The notes: generated by a model from the sequence alone, not told the origin. A stretch of DNA of 64,000 nt from an uncultured Prochlorococcus sp. (GCA_902624785.1 CACNYU010000001.1:18737-82736); one strand, 5' to 3'; positions 53,274-63,499 are shown, counted from the first letter of the stretch. Numbers and translations: made by a program.

Positions 53274-53477
53274 TTACCTTGCTAGAGAAATATACCACTG
53301 TCCTATTAATAAAAGCATTATGGTCATTACAAGCGGAAAGGCAGGATATTTTGCTTGAAAATTTGCAGGTGGCCATGGGCTCCAAGAAATCATTCTCTCT
53401 GAACCAAGTTTTTTTTCTTTAATAAAAATCTTTGAACTGTTTTTACTTACTTCATCTTTAGCGAATCCTTTTGCCAT
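53274..53477 (-). CDS. Hypothetical single-TM protein
   Basis: MAKGF N-terminus, WSPWPP, C-terminal TM. Confidence 0.55.
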   Translation of the reverse strand: MAKGFAKDEVSKNSSKIFIKEKKLGSERMISWSPWPPANFQAKYPAFPLVMTIMLLLIGQWYISLAR

Positions 53478-53614
53478 ACTAATTATTAAAATATCCTAAG
53501 ATTATAACTAAGATTTTTAAAATATTAAATAACTTTCAAAATATAATTTAATCAGAATTCTCGTGAGGAAATTAAATTAATATAATCATAAAATCTCAAG
53601 ATAATAAAGATTGT

Positions 53615-53914
53615 TTAACCAATAACAAGTCCTTTTTTTAGTAATTTATCAAAAATTTCAGCCCCCTTCGTTTTACCATTTAAAGGTTTTTTATATCTAT
53701 CAATAACCTCTGCAAGACAAGTTATCCAATAAGTACCTTTTTTTAACTCTAGTCCTTTGCATATATGAGTTGGCGCTGATTTCAAGCAACCAAGATCATT
53801 AGTAATACTCAAATTTGCAAGCTGTGTATCTAATTCTAAAACAAGAAGTTCCACCTCTTGATTACTAAGAGTTGTACCAAAAGAATATGATTCAATTAAG
53901 AGTTGATAATTCAT
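53615..53914 (-). CDS. Conserved hypothetical protein
   Basis: 99 aa with C..AP.HIC..L....G.YW..C motif. Confidence 0.6.
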   Translation of the reverse strand: MNYQLLIESYSFGTTLSNQEVELLVLELDTQLANLSITNDLGCLKSAPTHICKGLELKKGTYWITCLAEVIDRYKKPLNGKTKGAEIFDKLLKKGLVIG

Positions 53915-54060
53915 TTTTTCTTCCTTAATTGAAACTGAATTGCTTCTTTCAAATGTTTTACTTCTCTTTCAAGAACCTTAACTTTTTTTTCTAAATTTTT
54001 ACAGTTAACTTCCCTTTCAAGCAAAATTATCCTATTTTCTAAATCTTCGTATTTAGTCAT
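53911..54060 (-). CDS. Small coiled-coil protein (49 aa)
   Basis: MTKYEDLENRIILLEREVNCKNLEKKVKVLEREVKHLKEAIQFQLRKKK; ATGA overlap with 53914. Confidence 0.55.
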   Translation of the reverse strand: MTKYEDLENRIILLEREVNCKNLEKKVKVLEREVKHLKEAIQFQLRKKK

Positions 54061-54141
54061 AAACATAAAATATATTTGTTCTAAATTTTAAGGTAATAAT
54101 TAATAGGTTTCAAAATTTCATTTTAATATTTAATCTATTAA

Positions 54142-54294
54142 TTATTCTTTTTCGGAACCAAGAAATTCTCTCAATAAATTTTTAAATTTTTCTATAGGTT
54201 CTTCAATGAAATCTGGCTTTGGTAAAACTGCTAAGAATAACCAAAGTGATGCGATACTAAAAATCATACCGACATAAAGAAAACCATAAATCAT
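54142..54294 (-). CDS. Single-TM microprotein (50 aa)
   Basis: MIYGFLYVGMIFSIASLWLFLAVLPKPDFIEEPIEKFKNLLREFLGSEKE. Confidence 0.5.
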   Translation of the reverse strand: MIYGFLYVGMIFSIASLWLFLAVLPKPDFIEEPIEKFKNLLREFLGSEKE

Positions 54295-54515
54295 TCTTAA
54301 ACGATTTAAATATCTAGTTTTAATTTTACCCCAATTCTATCTTTTAACATTATTAATAAAAATAGTTTTTAAATTAATAATGAGGCAATAGTTTTAAAAA
54401 TAATAAGAAATTTTGAAAAATAAAGTAAAAAATAAATAATCGATTTTTATTTATAAGCTTATGTTACTGCTTACAAATTAAATAATTTCTATTAAGAGTT
54501 TTCTACTAAATTCTC

Positions 54516-55676
54516 TTATTTACTATAAGATGATTTCCAAACATATATTCCTCTACTTACTTTTGAATCAACAGCAATGCAATTACAAGAGACATTCCAA
54601 AGTGCTTTATAAATAGGTTCTGGATTATATAAATAAATTTTTGGGAAAGCTTTTTTAATCGCTTTTGTTGCTTCTCTCGCATGGTAATGAGGAATATTAG
54701 AGTAAATATGATGAATTACATGACTAGAACCGATATTATGATGAAGAAAATTTATGATTTGACCATAAGGTCTATCAATGGTTAAAAAGGCACCCCTTAT
54801 AAAAGTGAATTCAGAATTAGAAAGATGAGGCACATCTGTTTCAGTGTGGTGAAGCCAAGTATAAATAACTAACCAACAATTAACAATAAGCAATGGGCCG
54901 AAATAAAAAGCAATTAATGGAACTATTCCAAATATGGACGATAATTTTAACAAAATTATAAGAGTTATAACAACACCTATATCAGAGAGCCAAACCTTTT
55001 TAGACCATTTAGATAACCATAATTTATTAGAAAATGGTTTTTTAGGCCAGAAGTGATTAGAAGTCCCATACTCGATACCACCCGTACTTCCAGTTAATAA
55101 ATAAGCAGGCCATCCAAATATTAAATGAAGTATTAATTGCATTATTCCATATTTAGTTTTTCCAAGAGATTTAGATATATTTATCTCATTTCTTCCTCCC
55201 TTTTTTTCACTTATACCATCACCATCAATAACAATTGGAACATGTGTTTCGCCTTTAGTAATGTTATTTGTAAATCTATGATGTACTGCGTGAGAACGCT
55301 GCCAAGAGAAGTATGGAACTAGCAATAATGAGTGGAGAGTATAACCTACAAATGTCTCCAAGTTTTTATTTTTCGAGAATGCACCATGCCCACATTCATG
55401 TGCAAGTACCCAAAATCCCATCGCTGTTGTACCTGAAATAACAGAATACAAGACCCATATAGGTATCATCTTTGACGAAAAAGGTATTAAGAAGCCTAAA
55501 GCAAGAACAATAATTTGTATCGTCAATGACTGAAGAAGATATTTTAGAGAAGTTCTCGTTTTAATTGAGAAACAATGCTTTGGCAAGATATTTTTAATCT
55601 CATTAAGAGTCGGAATATCTCTGGAATCTATCTTAAGAGCTTTGCCTTTTAGACCAGAGTACTTAATATTTTTCAA
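54516..55676 (-). CDS. desA: Delta-12/omega-6-type acyl-lipid fatty acid desaturase
   Basis: His boxes HECGH, HAVHH and HVIHH; TWLHHT; TIDRPYG. Confidence 0.85.
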   Translation of the reverse strand: MKNIKYSGLKGKALKIDSRDIPTLNEIKNILPKHCFSIKTRTSLKYLLQSLTIQIIVLALGFLIPFSSKMIPIWVLYSVISGTTAMGFWVLAHECGHGAFSKNKNLETFVGYTLHSLLLVPYFSWQRSHAVHHRFTNNITKGETHVPIVIDGDGISEKKGGRNEINISKSLGKTKYGIMQLILHLIFGWPAYLLTGSTGGIEYGTSNHFWPKKPFSNKLWLSKWSKKVWLSDIGVVITLIILLKLSSIFGIVPLIAFYFGPLLIVNCWLVIYTWLHHTETDVPHLSNSEFTFIRGAFLTIDRPYGQIINFLHHNIGSSHVIHHIYSNIPHYHAREATKAIKKAFPKIYLYNPEPIYKALWNVSCNCIAVDSKVSRGIYVWKSSYSK

Positions 55677-56336
55677 ATATCCATTTGTAAGTTTGACTAT
55701 AAATAATTTTATATTTATAACATTATTTTTACTAACTTTAATCTATCTTCACAAGTACTTTCTTTAAATAACTATGTATATATTAATAATTTCCTATTGA
55801 GGTAATTACTCCAAAAAGGTATTAATGCAGTTGCAACAATTGATATAAGGTTACCTTAAGAAATAATACTTTATATAAAAATTATTTTCATTTATTCAGA
55901 TTATAAGATTGTTTTAAAATAATTTATTTCTATTTATATAATTAATACTTCATCGATATTATTAGTTTGATTTTTAAATAGAAACTGTTCGAAAATTAAC
56001 AATTTCTTGAAATCAAAATTTAATCTTTGTATTAATTACTCATTTGTTTCTTATAGAAATTTGTTAATTATGTATTAAGAAATTATTGATAAAATGTCTT
56101 TAGATTTTTTTATTATCCCAATAAGCATTCTAATAATTCTTACTTTCTTAATCTTTGCCTCTAACAAAGAGAGAAAAAGATCATTAATTAAAAAGAAATA
56201 TATCAGAGACTAAAAAACATAAAATTAAATATGTCAAATTAATTAGTCTGTAAAGAGCAATTATATTCATTAAAAAAACTTAGAGAATATTTAAAATAAT
56301 TCTCTAAGTATTTTAAAAGATTCTGTAAGAATTTAA

Positions 56337-56495
56337 TTAATTTGATGAAACTTGCTTCTTTGCTTCTTTAAGTCTTTCTGAATAAACTGAACGTCTATAC
56401 GGAGTAACTTCACCATTTTTTGTAGCTAGTAATTTTGCTTGATGCAATCGCGCATCTTTTTTAATTTTTTCTCTAATTTGAACAAGGTTATTCAT
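56337..56495 (-). CDS. Riboswitch-associated basic peptide (52 aa, DUF4278-related)
   Basis: MNNLVQIREKIKKDARLHQAKLLATKNGEVTPYRRSVYSERLKEAKKQVSSN. Confidence 0.7.
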   Translation of the reverse strand: MNNLVQIREKIKKDARLHQAKLLATKNGEVTPYRRSVYSERLKEAKKQVSSN

Positions 56496-56510
56496 GAATT
56501 TATGAAGTAT

Positions 56511-56567
56511 ATGGAAATCCCGTTCCCTATTTCCATTTCATGCGTCCAAGATAGCTAGGATGAACGT
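56511..56567 (-). ncRNA. Glutamine-II riboswitch (Downstream-peptide motif), second copy
   Basis: CGTTCA-TCC..GGA-CGCA-..ATGGAAAT-aGGGAACGGG-ATTTCCAT on minus. Confidence 0.8.
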
Positions 56568-56743
56568 ATATATAAGAATAACATTGAATTTATTTGTTTG
56601 TGAGAGTAAAAATTACTAATACTCAAGATATAAAAAACTTTTGGGGTTTAAAATAAATTGCGTTTTAAATTTTTTACTGATTATTTTTAATATTTAAGAA
56701 AGGTTAAAAAGTATAGTGACTATACTTTATTTTTTTGTTATGA

Positions 56744-58087
56744 ATGTATTTAGTTATACATTTTCTATTGAGTAATCGAATTAAGAAATTTGGAATAGCA
56801 TTGTTAGCTGTTCCTGCTATTCAACTAATTGCTTATTTAACTTTACCTGCCCATGCTGAAGAAATGATTCTTTCAGACGCAGATAATAATTTAATTTTAA
56901 CTTCCTCTGCATTAGTACTTTTAATGACCCCAGGGTTGGCATTTTTTTATGGAGGATTTACGCAAGCAAAAAATGTTTTAAATACTATGATGATGAGTTT
57001 CGTCATGATGGGTATCGCTACGATTATATGGTTAATATTTGGATTTAGTTTGTCATTCTCAGACGGAGGTTCTTTGAATGCATTTATTGGCAATCCATTT
57101 ACTTATTCTTTCTTTGAAAATATTCCAGAGGTATGGGATGGATTACAAATTCCAGGCCTTAGCTTTGCACTTTTTCAAGGAATGTTTGCAATTATAACTC
57201 CAGCTTTAATATCAGGTGCATTGGTTGAGAGAATTAGTTTTAGATTTTGGTGCTTTTTTACACCAATATGGCTTTTGATAGTTTATGCACCTTTAGCTCA
57301 TATGGTATGGGGAGGGGGATTATTAGGAAAAGATTTAGATTTTGCTGGGGGAACAGTTGTTCATATTAGTTCAGGTGTATCTGCTCTTGTACTTGCAATC
57401 TTAATTGGTTCTAGAAGTAATCATCCTAAAAGTGTTAAACCTCCTCATAATGTTACTCAAATTTTATTAGGTACGGGTTTACTTTGGTTTGGGTGGTTTG
57501 GCTTTAATGGTGGTAGTCAACTATCAGTTAGCGGTGCAGAAATACCTTTTACTACTACACATATTTCTGCTGCTGCTGGATTAATAGCATGGGGCTTTAT
57601 TGAATATATAAATGAGGGGAAATCAACTTCAGTCGGAATGGCAACAGGAGCTATTTCAGGATTGGTGGGTGTGACTCCTGCGGCTGGTTTCATTAATCCC
57701 GCTAGTGGATTGATAATTGGACTGATTACATCTGTAATTTGTTATTACTCAATAAAATTAAAAAATAAATTACAATTTGATGATTCTCTAGATACATTTG
57801 CAGTTCATGGTGTTGGTGGAACTGCTGGAGCTCTTCTTACAGGCATTTTTGCACAATATGAGTTAATTTCTTCTCATCCAGCAGGACAAGTTTTGTTAGA
57901 GAAAGGAAGAATTGGATTAGTCTTAGGACAATTTCAAGCCGTAATTATCGCGTACAGCATGTCCGCCATTGGTACTTTCTTAATAGCATTAATTCTTAAA
58001 AAAGCAGGAATTCAATTTAGAGTTTCAAAGGAAGAAGAAGAAAAAGGTTTAGATTTGACCGAACATGGAGAAAAATCTTACATTTAA
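56744..58087 (+). CDS. amt: Ammonium transporter (Amt/AmtB family; start uncertain)
   Basis: MTPGLAFFYGG, DFAGGTVVH, LWFGWFGFNGGS and DDSLDTFAVHGVGG (twin His) motifs. Confidence 0.95.
   Translation: MYLVIHFLLSNRIKKFGIALLAVPAIQLIAYLTLPAHAEEMILSDADNNLILTSSALVLLMTPGLAFFYGGFTQAKNVLNTMMMSFVMMGIATIIWLIFGFSLSFSDGGSLNAFIGNPFTYSFFENIPEVWDGLQIPGLSFALFQGMFAIITPALISGALVERISFRFWCFFTPIWLLIVYAPLAHMVWGGGLLGKDLDFAGGTVVHISSGVSALVLAILIGSRSNHPKSVKPPHNVTQILLGTGLLWFGWFGFNGGSQLSVSGAEIPFTTTHISAAAGLIAWGFIEYINEGKSTSVGMATGAISGLVGVTPAAGFINPASGLIIGLITSVICYYSIKLKNKLQFDDSLDTFAVHGVGGTAGALLTGIFAQYELISSHPAGQVLLEKGRIGLVLGQFQAVIIAYSMSAIGTFLIALILKKAGIQFRVSKEEEEKGLDLTEHGEKSYI
56746..56759. promoter_or_regulatory. NtcA-type box upstream of amt
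   Basis: tGTA-tttagtta-TACa; overlaps the track start codon, suggesting the true start is a downstream TTG. Confidence 0.6.
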
Positions 58088-58202
58088 AATATAATTAACA
58101 ATAAACCTGAGAATATTAATTTTATTAATATCAAGTTATTAAATTAATTATGGTTTATTTAAAACCAGTGTTTTTATAAATTCTTAAAATTTTCTAACTA
58201 AA

Positions 58203-58243
58203 AAAACTAAATGTGAACATTTTATATATTCACATTTAGTTTT
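58203..58243. terminator. Hairpin between the convergent amt and hli genes
   Basis: AAAACTAAATGTGAA / TTCACATTTAGTTTT 15-bp inverted repeat. Confidence 0.65.
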
Positions 58244-58289
58244 ATATAGTGTTGAATTTAACTCAATAAAATTTATTAAATTAAATGTA

Positions 58290-58499
58290 TTAAAAAATTC
58301 CTGGAATAATTTGACCTGTTGAAACATAAGCTCCTAATAAAGCTATAAAACCAATCATTGCCCAACGTCCATTAACTTTCTCAGCATTTTGAGGATAACC
58401 TTCGTACGAAACTGACTCATCAATGTAAGGACGAGTTTCTGAAGGGAACATATTTTGTCTTCCGCCAGATTCTGTTGTTGTATTAGAAGAATTTGTCAT
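58290..58499 (-). CDS. hli: High-light-inducible protein (69 aa) with TTESGGRQN N-terminus
   Basis: AEKVNGRWAMIG and TGQIIPGIF; true start 58499. Confidence 0.93.
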   Translation of the reverse strand: MTNSSNTTTESGGRQNMFPSETRPYIDESVSYEGYPQNAEKVNGRWAMIGFIALLGAYVSTGQIIPGIF

Positions 58500-58606
58500 T
58501 AAAACCATCCAGGTATAATTTGGCCAGTAGTAACATAAGCACCAACTGCCGCTACGAATCCAAGCATTGCTGCCCATCCGTTAAATCTTTCTGCTTCAGG
58601 AGTCAT
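58499..58606 (-). CDS. hli: High-light-inducible protein (35 aa)
   Basis: MTPEAERFNGWAAMLGFVAAVGAYVTTGQIIPGWF; TAATG-coupled. Confidence 0.93.
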   Translation of the reverse strand: MTPEAERFNGWAAMLGFVAAVGAYVTTGQIIPGWF

Positions 58607-58618
58607 AATAGTAATTTA

Positions 58619-58657
58619 ATTATTAATTAATATAACATGAATATTAATTTATGTAAA
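58619..58657 (-). promoter_or_regulatory. HLR1-like repeats upstream of the hli pair
   Basis: TTTACATA-aa-TTAATATT...GTTATATT, same layout as 23207-23246. Confidence 0.45.
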
Positions 58658-59346
58658 TAAACTTGCCAATATTTAATTACCTATCTCTCATGTGTGACAT
58701 TTTAAGCGCATATATGTATCTTAATTTAATATTTATATGGTGAGGTAATGTAAAAAATTATTTTTTAAGAATTTCTATAAATAAGGCAAAAATAAAATCT
58801 ACTAAAATATTGATGATTTATTGAGCATATTTAAAATTTTTCTGATACGACTTAATTCTTACATAATCCAAAAATAATTTATTTAAATATCATTTAGGAA
58901 ATTTGTTAAATTTCTCACTTATCATTACTTTAATCAAAAATTAGTTGAAAAATAATTTTGAACTTAGTATTAATTGAGGAGTAACAAACAAAATTACTGC
59001 AATAGAGATAGCGAGATTTAACTTATTATTTTTCATATGAATACATTAACTATTATTAATTGGTGATTAATGCATAATTTATTACATTTATACAAATTAA
59101 ATATATCTTCTTGAGGAAATCATATGGTTTATTCTCTTTGGATAATTTTAAAGAGATCTCATTATAAAAGTTTTATGTTTAAAATTTTCACTTGATTTAA
59201 GAATAAAGTATTAATGCTCTAGAAAATTTGAATAATTTGCAATAGGCTTATCACATAATTAGATTTAGCTGTGTCGATTATGAGTATTAAAAAAAAGCTA
59301 TTAACCCAAAAACAATATAAAAATTAAAAAATCTTTAGGTTAAATC

Positions 59347-59517
59347 ATGAAACCATTACGAGATAAACACTTTAAAAATGAAAGGCATTCACTAGATGCT
59401 TATTATGAATGCATCTTAAGTTGCGAAATAAATCCATGCAGTAGTTCATGGCAAGGAATTGAAGAGGATTGTGAAACTAAATGCCTTAATCAACACTTAA
59501 AATGGCGTTTTATGTAG
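59347..59517 (+). CDS. Twin CX3C microprotein (56 aa)
   Basis: MKPLRDKHFKNERHSLDAYYECILSCEINPCSSSWQGIEEDCETKCLNQHLKWRFM. Confidence 0.7.
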   Translation: MKPLRDKHFKNERHSLDAYYECILSCEINPCSSSWQGIEEDCETKCLNQHLKWRFM

Positions 59518-60888
59518 AACAAACATCTTTGTAAATTTATAAGTAATCTTTCAAAAAATTGAAATATTAGTGAATTATAAATTTATTTTGATAAAAAAAT
59601 TTAAAATTAGATTATTTACTAAACTTATAGCCATAACTATTTATTACTATTTTTGCAGCTATAGAATAGGCCAAAACCTTTTTTAAAAGGGATTAAATCA
59701 ACCTTAATTTGAAAAATTAAAAAATTTGAATCATTGATTTATCTTAAAAATTTGTTTTTATATAAATAGCTTGATATCTATTTATGCATTTCTCAACATT
59801 AGCTAGCTTAATCTTCTTTCTAGTTTTATCTCTCATAGCGAATTATTTAATCAATCAAAAATTTTCTACACCAAAATTAAAATCGCAAAAGTAATAAAGG
59901 CATAAAATCAAGTTCTATGAATTAAAAAATAAGTACCCAATTATTAAATTATTAAATTTTTAAATTAGTTATTATACAAATTAAAAAAAAATAAGAAACT
60001 AAAACGATATCAAAAGTAATCGAAAGAACCTAAAGGAATAATATTTTATACTCATAATATTAGAAATTAATAAGATTTCCTTATTTTAAACATTCAAAAT
60101 ATTAAATTAATTAAATATCGTTTATCAGATTATGTCTACAGAAAAAAATCTTAAGAAAAATCAAAAGCCATCTTATGAAATTAAAGAAACTCCTTTATTA
60201 AAAAAGATATTTAATAAGATACTTGGCCCTATCAGATTCTTTTAGTAGAAAAACGTATTTTTTTAGGACTTTTTTTCTTCCTTTTCAAAACTTAACTTAA
60301 TAATATTTTTTGATAATTTGATTAAGTAAATTGATCCAAATAAAACGATTGGAATGCAATAAAAAAAGTTTAAATTCATAATATAAAATTAATTTTTATT
60401 TATTTGTACTTTAAAGTTAAATTTCTTTCAAATAATTAATATTATATTAATATCAAATATTTTCATATAAAAATTTTCTCCTCACTCTTTTAATACTAAA
60501 TTAAATTTGAAAATAAAAAGAACCAAATAAAGAATAATAAATTAAGAGTAAAAATAATTCCAAAAAATATCCACCCAAATTTTTTTCCAATAAATGCTGA
60601 ATCCGGCTCAAGTTTTACTCTCATAATTTTTTTTCTGATATTTTAACCTTATTTACAATTAGATTTATTTTAAATTTAATAAAATAAATTATTTTCTTAA
60701 TTCTCAAAATTTTTAATATTTTTCATTTACTCATAAATAGGCAATAGAAATTTTTAATGTATGAATAGGTGAGCAGATTACCAGAAATTACATTAATAAC
60801 TATCTTATGATATTAACAAACTATCTTTTTTTATTTACTAAAAATTCTAATTTTGATTTTATTAAAGAACAGTCACTTTTATTTATTA

Positions 60889-61017
60889 ATGGAAAAAGAT
60901 TTGACTAATTTTGAAGTGTTAACTGAAAAAACCTTTTGGGAGTTGCTAACGGAAGAGAATATAGATCAAGATGAAATATTATATGGTGAGGGTGAAATCA
61001 GACAAGAAGATTATTAA
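60889..61017 (+). CDS. Acidic microprotein (42 aa)
   Basis: MEKDLTNFEVLTEKTFWELLTEENIDQDEILYGEGEIRQEDY. Confidence 0.5.
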   Translation: MEKDLTNFEVLTEKTFWELLTEENIDQDEILYGEGEIRQEDY

Positions 61018-61160
61018 AGCATTAGAAATTTTTATAAAAAAAGATTTATACAAAAGCAAAGTAATTATTTATTACTTTGTTCAGGTATAATGAATAATTA
61101 ATTCAAACTTCTTCAGAAATATCATCTAATTAGTATTTAGCATTTGATACAAATCAAAAA

Positions 61161-61697
61161 TTGAAAAAAATTATCGGTTGGAATTGTTTTTTTAGTGACT
61201 GTAAATTTTATAGATGGTCATTAGAACTAGAAATTTCTTTAAAAAAGAAAGAAATTATATTTATAGGCTTAAATCCATCTATTTCAAATGAATATTTATT
61301 AGATAATACAACAAAAAAAATTATCAATATTTGCGATAAATATAATTATGGAAAGATAAAGTTAATTAATCTTTTTGGACTTATTTCACCATCTCCAAAA
61401 CTATTAAAAACTCATAAGGATCCAATTGGTTTTTTAAATAATAAAGTTATTGAAAATAATATTAAGTATTGGTCTAAATCAATTAATTGTGACCTATGGA
61501 TAGGTTGGGGAAATAAAGGAAAGCTTTTTAATAGAGATATACAAGTTTACAAAATTATAAAAAGATATATTTCTATTAAAAAGAAAAAGTTTTCAAAGAA
61601 TACATACCCTTTACTAATTAATAAAACAAAATTTAATAACCCTATGCATCCACTTTATTGCCCAAACGACTCTAAGCTTCTTAAGTTGAATTACTAA
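61161..61697 (+). CDS. DUF1643 domain protein
   Basis: FS.C..YRW.L, FIGLNPS, D.T, NLF, GWG and P.HPLY motifs. Confidence 0.88.
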   Translation: MKKIIGWNCFFSDCKFYRWSLELEISLKKKEIIFIGLNPSISNEYLLDNTTKKIINICDKYNYGKIKLINLFGLISPSPKLLKTHKDPIGFLNNKVIENNIKYWSKSINCDLWIGWGNKGKLFNRDIQVYKIIKRYISIKKKKFSKNTYPLLINKTKFNNPMHPLYCPNDSKLLKLNY

Positions 61698-61820
61698 ATA
61701 TTACGTATATTCAAATTATCTTTAGCCTAATAATATTTATTTATTAAATTTTTTATCTTAAAAAATCATTTTTTAGAATAAATTAAAAGCTATTATTTTT
61801 TTTATTTATAAATGTTTTCT

Positions 61821-62009
61821 TTAAGTAAAGTTAATTATTGGAGTAAATCTCTCTATTATGCAATATGGATTGCTGAATGATTTACCACAGAATAATTTCT
61901 TTCGTTGTAATTCTTTAATTGACTTAAGGTAGATATTAGATGTAAGAATCGCACCAAAATTTACTAATAAAACCGTTAGGACAAGGATTGTTATAGAGAG
62001 GTTGGTCAT
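61821..62009 (-). CDS. Hypothetical membrane-anchored protein
   Basis: N-terminal TM, two Cys. Confidence 0.45.
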   Translation of the reverse strand: MTNLSITILVLTVLLVNFGAILTSNIYLKSIKELQRKKLFCGKSFSNPYCIIERFTPIINFT

Positions 62010-62081
62010 AAATTAACTCTCCTTTAATTAAGTTAAGAATAAAACAAATATCCTTTATTTGAATAGAGTATAAAGCCTTAT

Positions 62082-62243
62082 CTACCAAAGGTTGCCTTTT
62101 AAATGTCTCTCAATACAAATGCTCTCACAATCCTCATCTATCCCTTTTGGATTTATATCGCAATAAGAGATGCACTCGTAATATGCATCAACGGGATGTT
62201 GTTCCTCTTTTAAATATTTTTTATTATTTTTATTTCTAATCAT
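62082..62243 (-). CDS. Twin CX3C microprotein (53 aa)
   Basis: MIRNKNNKKYLKEEQHPVDAYYECISYCDINPKGIDEDCESICIERHLKGNLW. Confidence 0.7.
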   Translation of the reverse strand: MIRNKNNKKYLKEEQHPVDAYYECISYCDINPKGIDEDCESICIERHLKGNLW

Positions 62244-62352
62244 ATTTTCCACCAGAGCGTCTTATCTTCGACTCAATCTGATTAATTAGTTCATCTAACC
62301 ATTCAGTGTTTTTTTCTTGCCTTTTGTGTGATTGGCTCTTTTGGTTACTCAT
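62236..62352 (-). CDS. Microprotein (38 aa) overlapping the CX3C gene start
   Basis: MSNQKSQSHKRQEKNTEWLDELINQIESKIRRSGGKYD. Confidence 0.5.
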   Translation of the reverse strand: MSNQKSQSHKRQEKNTEWLDELINQIESKIRRSGGKYD

Positions 62353-62669
62353 AATTAAATTTCATCTAAATTTTGCCTATATTATTTAAGATTTTTGTGT
62401 ATATCAATAAGCAATAATACCAATTGCGCTGATATCAAAAGCTTTAAATAAAAAAAATTGCAAATTTGAGGATAATAGTCATCCTAAAAATTGTGGTTTT
62501 CTTTAGTAAGAATTTTTTCTTAGAAATTAAACAATGTTTCGATAATACTAATAATATTATTGGAAATTTTTTATTAATTAAATTTGCATAACAATGTAAA
62601 CTTAGTGATGAACCAGCATGATTTTGTTAATAGCTGATCTAAATTAAATATTAGACAGTTATAAAAATC

Positions 62670-63011
62670 ATGGATAAAAGAGGTGCCAAAGGCTACTGGA
62701 TATCTACAGCAAAAATAATTAATCAAGAATTATTTAATGAATATGTAAAAAAAGTAGGCCCATGGCTTAGGCAAGTTGGAGGAGAAGTATTTGCAAAAGA
62801 TACAGAGCCACAAGGAAAAGAGAGTACACAAGATGCTAATTTAGCGGTTATTTGTGAATTCCCCTCTATGAGAAAAGCAGTTGAAGCTTATGAATCTGAT
62901 GAATATAAAGAGCTTTCAAAACTGAGAAAAAAAGCTATTGAAAATTCTACATTTACAATAATGGAGGGATTAGATGAAAGTACTAAACTAAAAAAAGCGA
63001 TGGGACTCTAA
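62670..63011 (+). CDS. DUF1330 domain protein
   Basis: KGYWI, EFPSM..A..AYES.EY..L...R motifs. Confidence 0.85.
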   Translation: MDKRGAKGYWISTAKIINQELFNEYVKKVGPWLRQVGGEVFAKDTEPQGKESTQDANLAVICEFPSMRKAVEAYESDEYKELSKLRKKAIENSTFTIMEGLDESTKLKKAMGL

Positions 63012-63154
63012 CTATTCAAAAATAAAAATATATAAATTTAAAAATCATACAAGAATTTTAATAATATTTATTTTTATAAATTTTTCAAAAATTATTTCTT
63101 TTATTACTCATTAATTTAAAATTACTTATATTAATCTTAAAGAAGAGTCAGTTA

Positions 63155-63499
63155 TTGATGAAAAAAATATTTATTAATTGTTTATTAATTTTATTATTAA
63201 ACCTACACTTTCCAGATCAAGTTAATGCTGAGAAAAATTTAGATATTTATATGAATGATTTTTATACTAAATCTAACGAGGCCAGCCAAATTCTTAAAGA
63301 AATTGAAGGTGAGATGAAGATAGGTATAAGAATAAAAGTCTTTCCTAGACAGATAAAAGCAGCAAAGCTAGGAATATTAGCTAATGAATCATTAATTAAA
63401 GCATTTCAAATTGCAGGAACTGATCCTCCAAATTCTGCAATAGAGGCAAGTAATGTAAGATGGGAATCTCTCTTAAATGATTGTAAAATTATGAAGTAA
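63155..63499 (+). CDS. Hypothetical exported protein
   Basis: Signal peptide ending VNA. Confidence 0.55.
   Translation: MMKKIFINCLLILLLNLHFPDQVNAEKNLDIYMNDFYTKSNEASQILKEIEGEMKIGIRIKVFPRQIKAAKLGILANESLIKAFQIAGTDPPNSAIEASNVRWESLLNDCKIMK

Noticed and set aside
381-55322. Antisense or out-of-frame ORFs in the track (381, 783, 8725, 11271, 11703, 12162, 16332, 20084, 28714, 32690, 33037, 34255, 34936, 35166, 41324, 42160, 42168, 49828, 55137)
   Set aside because: Shadows of better-supported genes; no motifs of their own
58500-58577. N-terminal extension of track ORF 58290..58577
   Set aside because: It is an alternative frame of the upstream 35-aa hli; the true start is 58499
60476-60487. TTCTCCTCACTC resembling the Yfr1 seed
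   Set aside because: One mismatch to the seed, with no presenting hairpin or terminator
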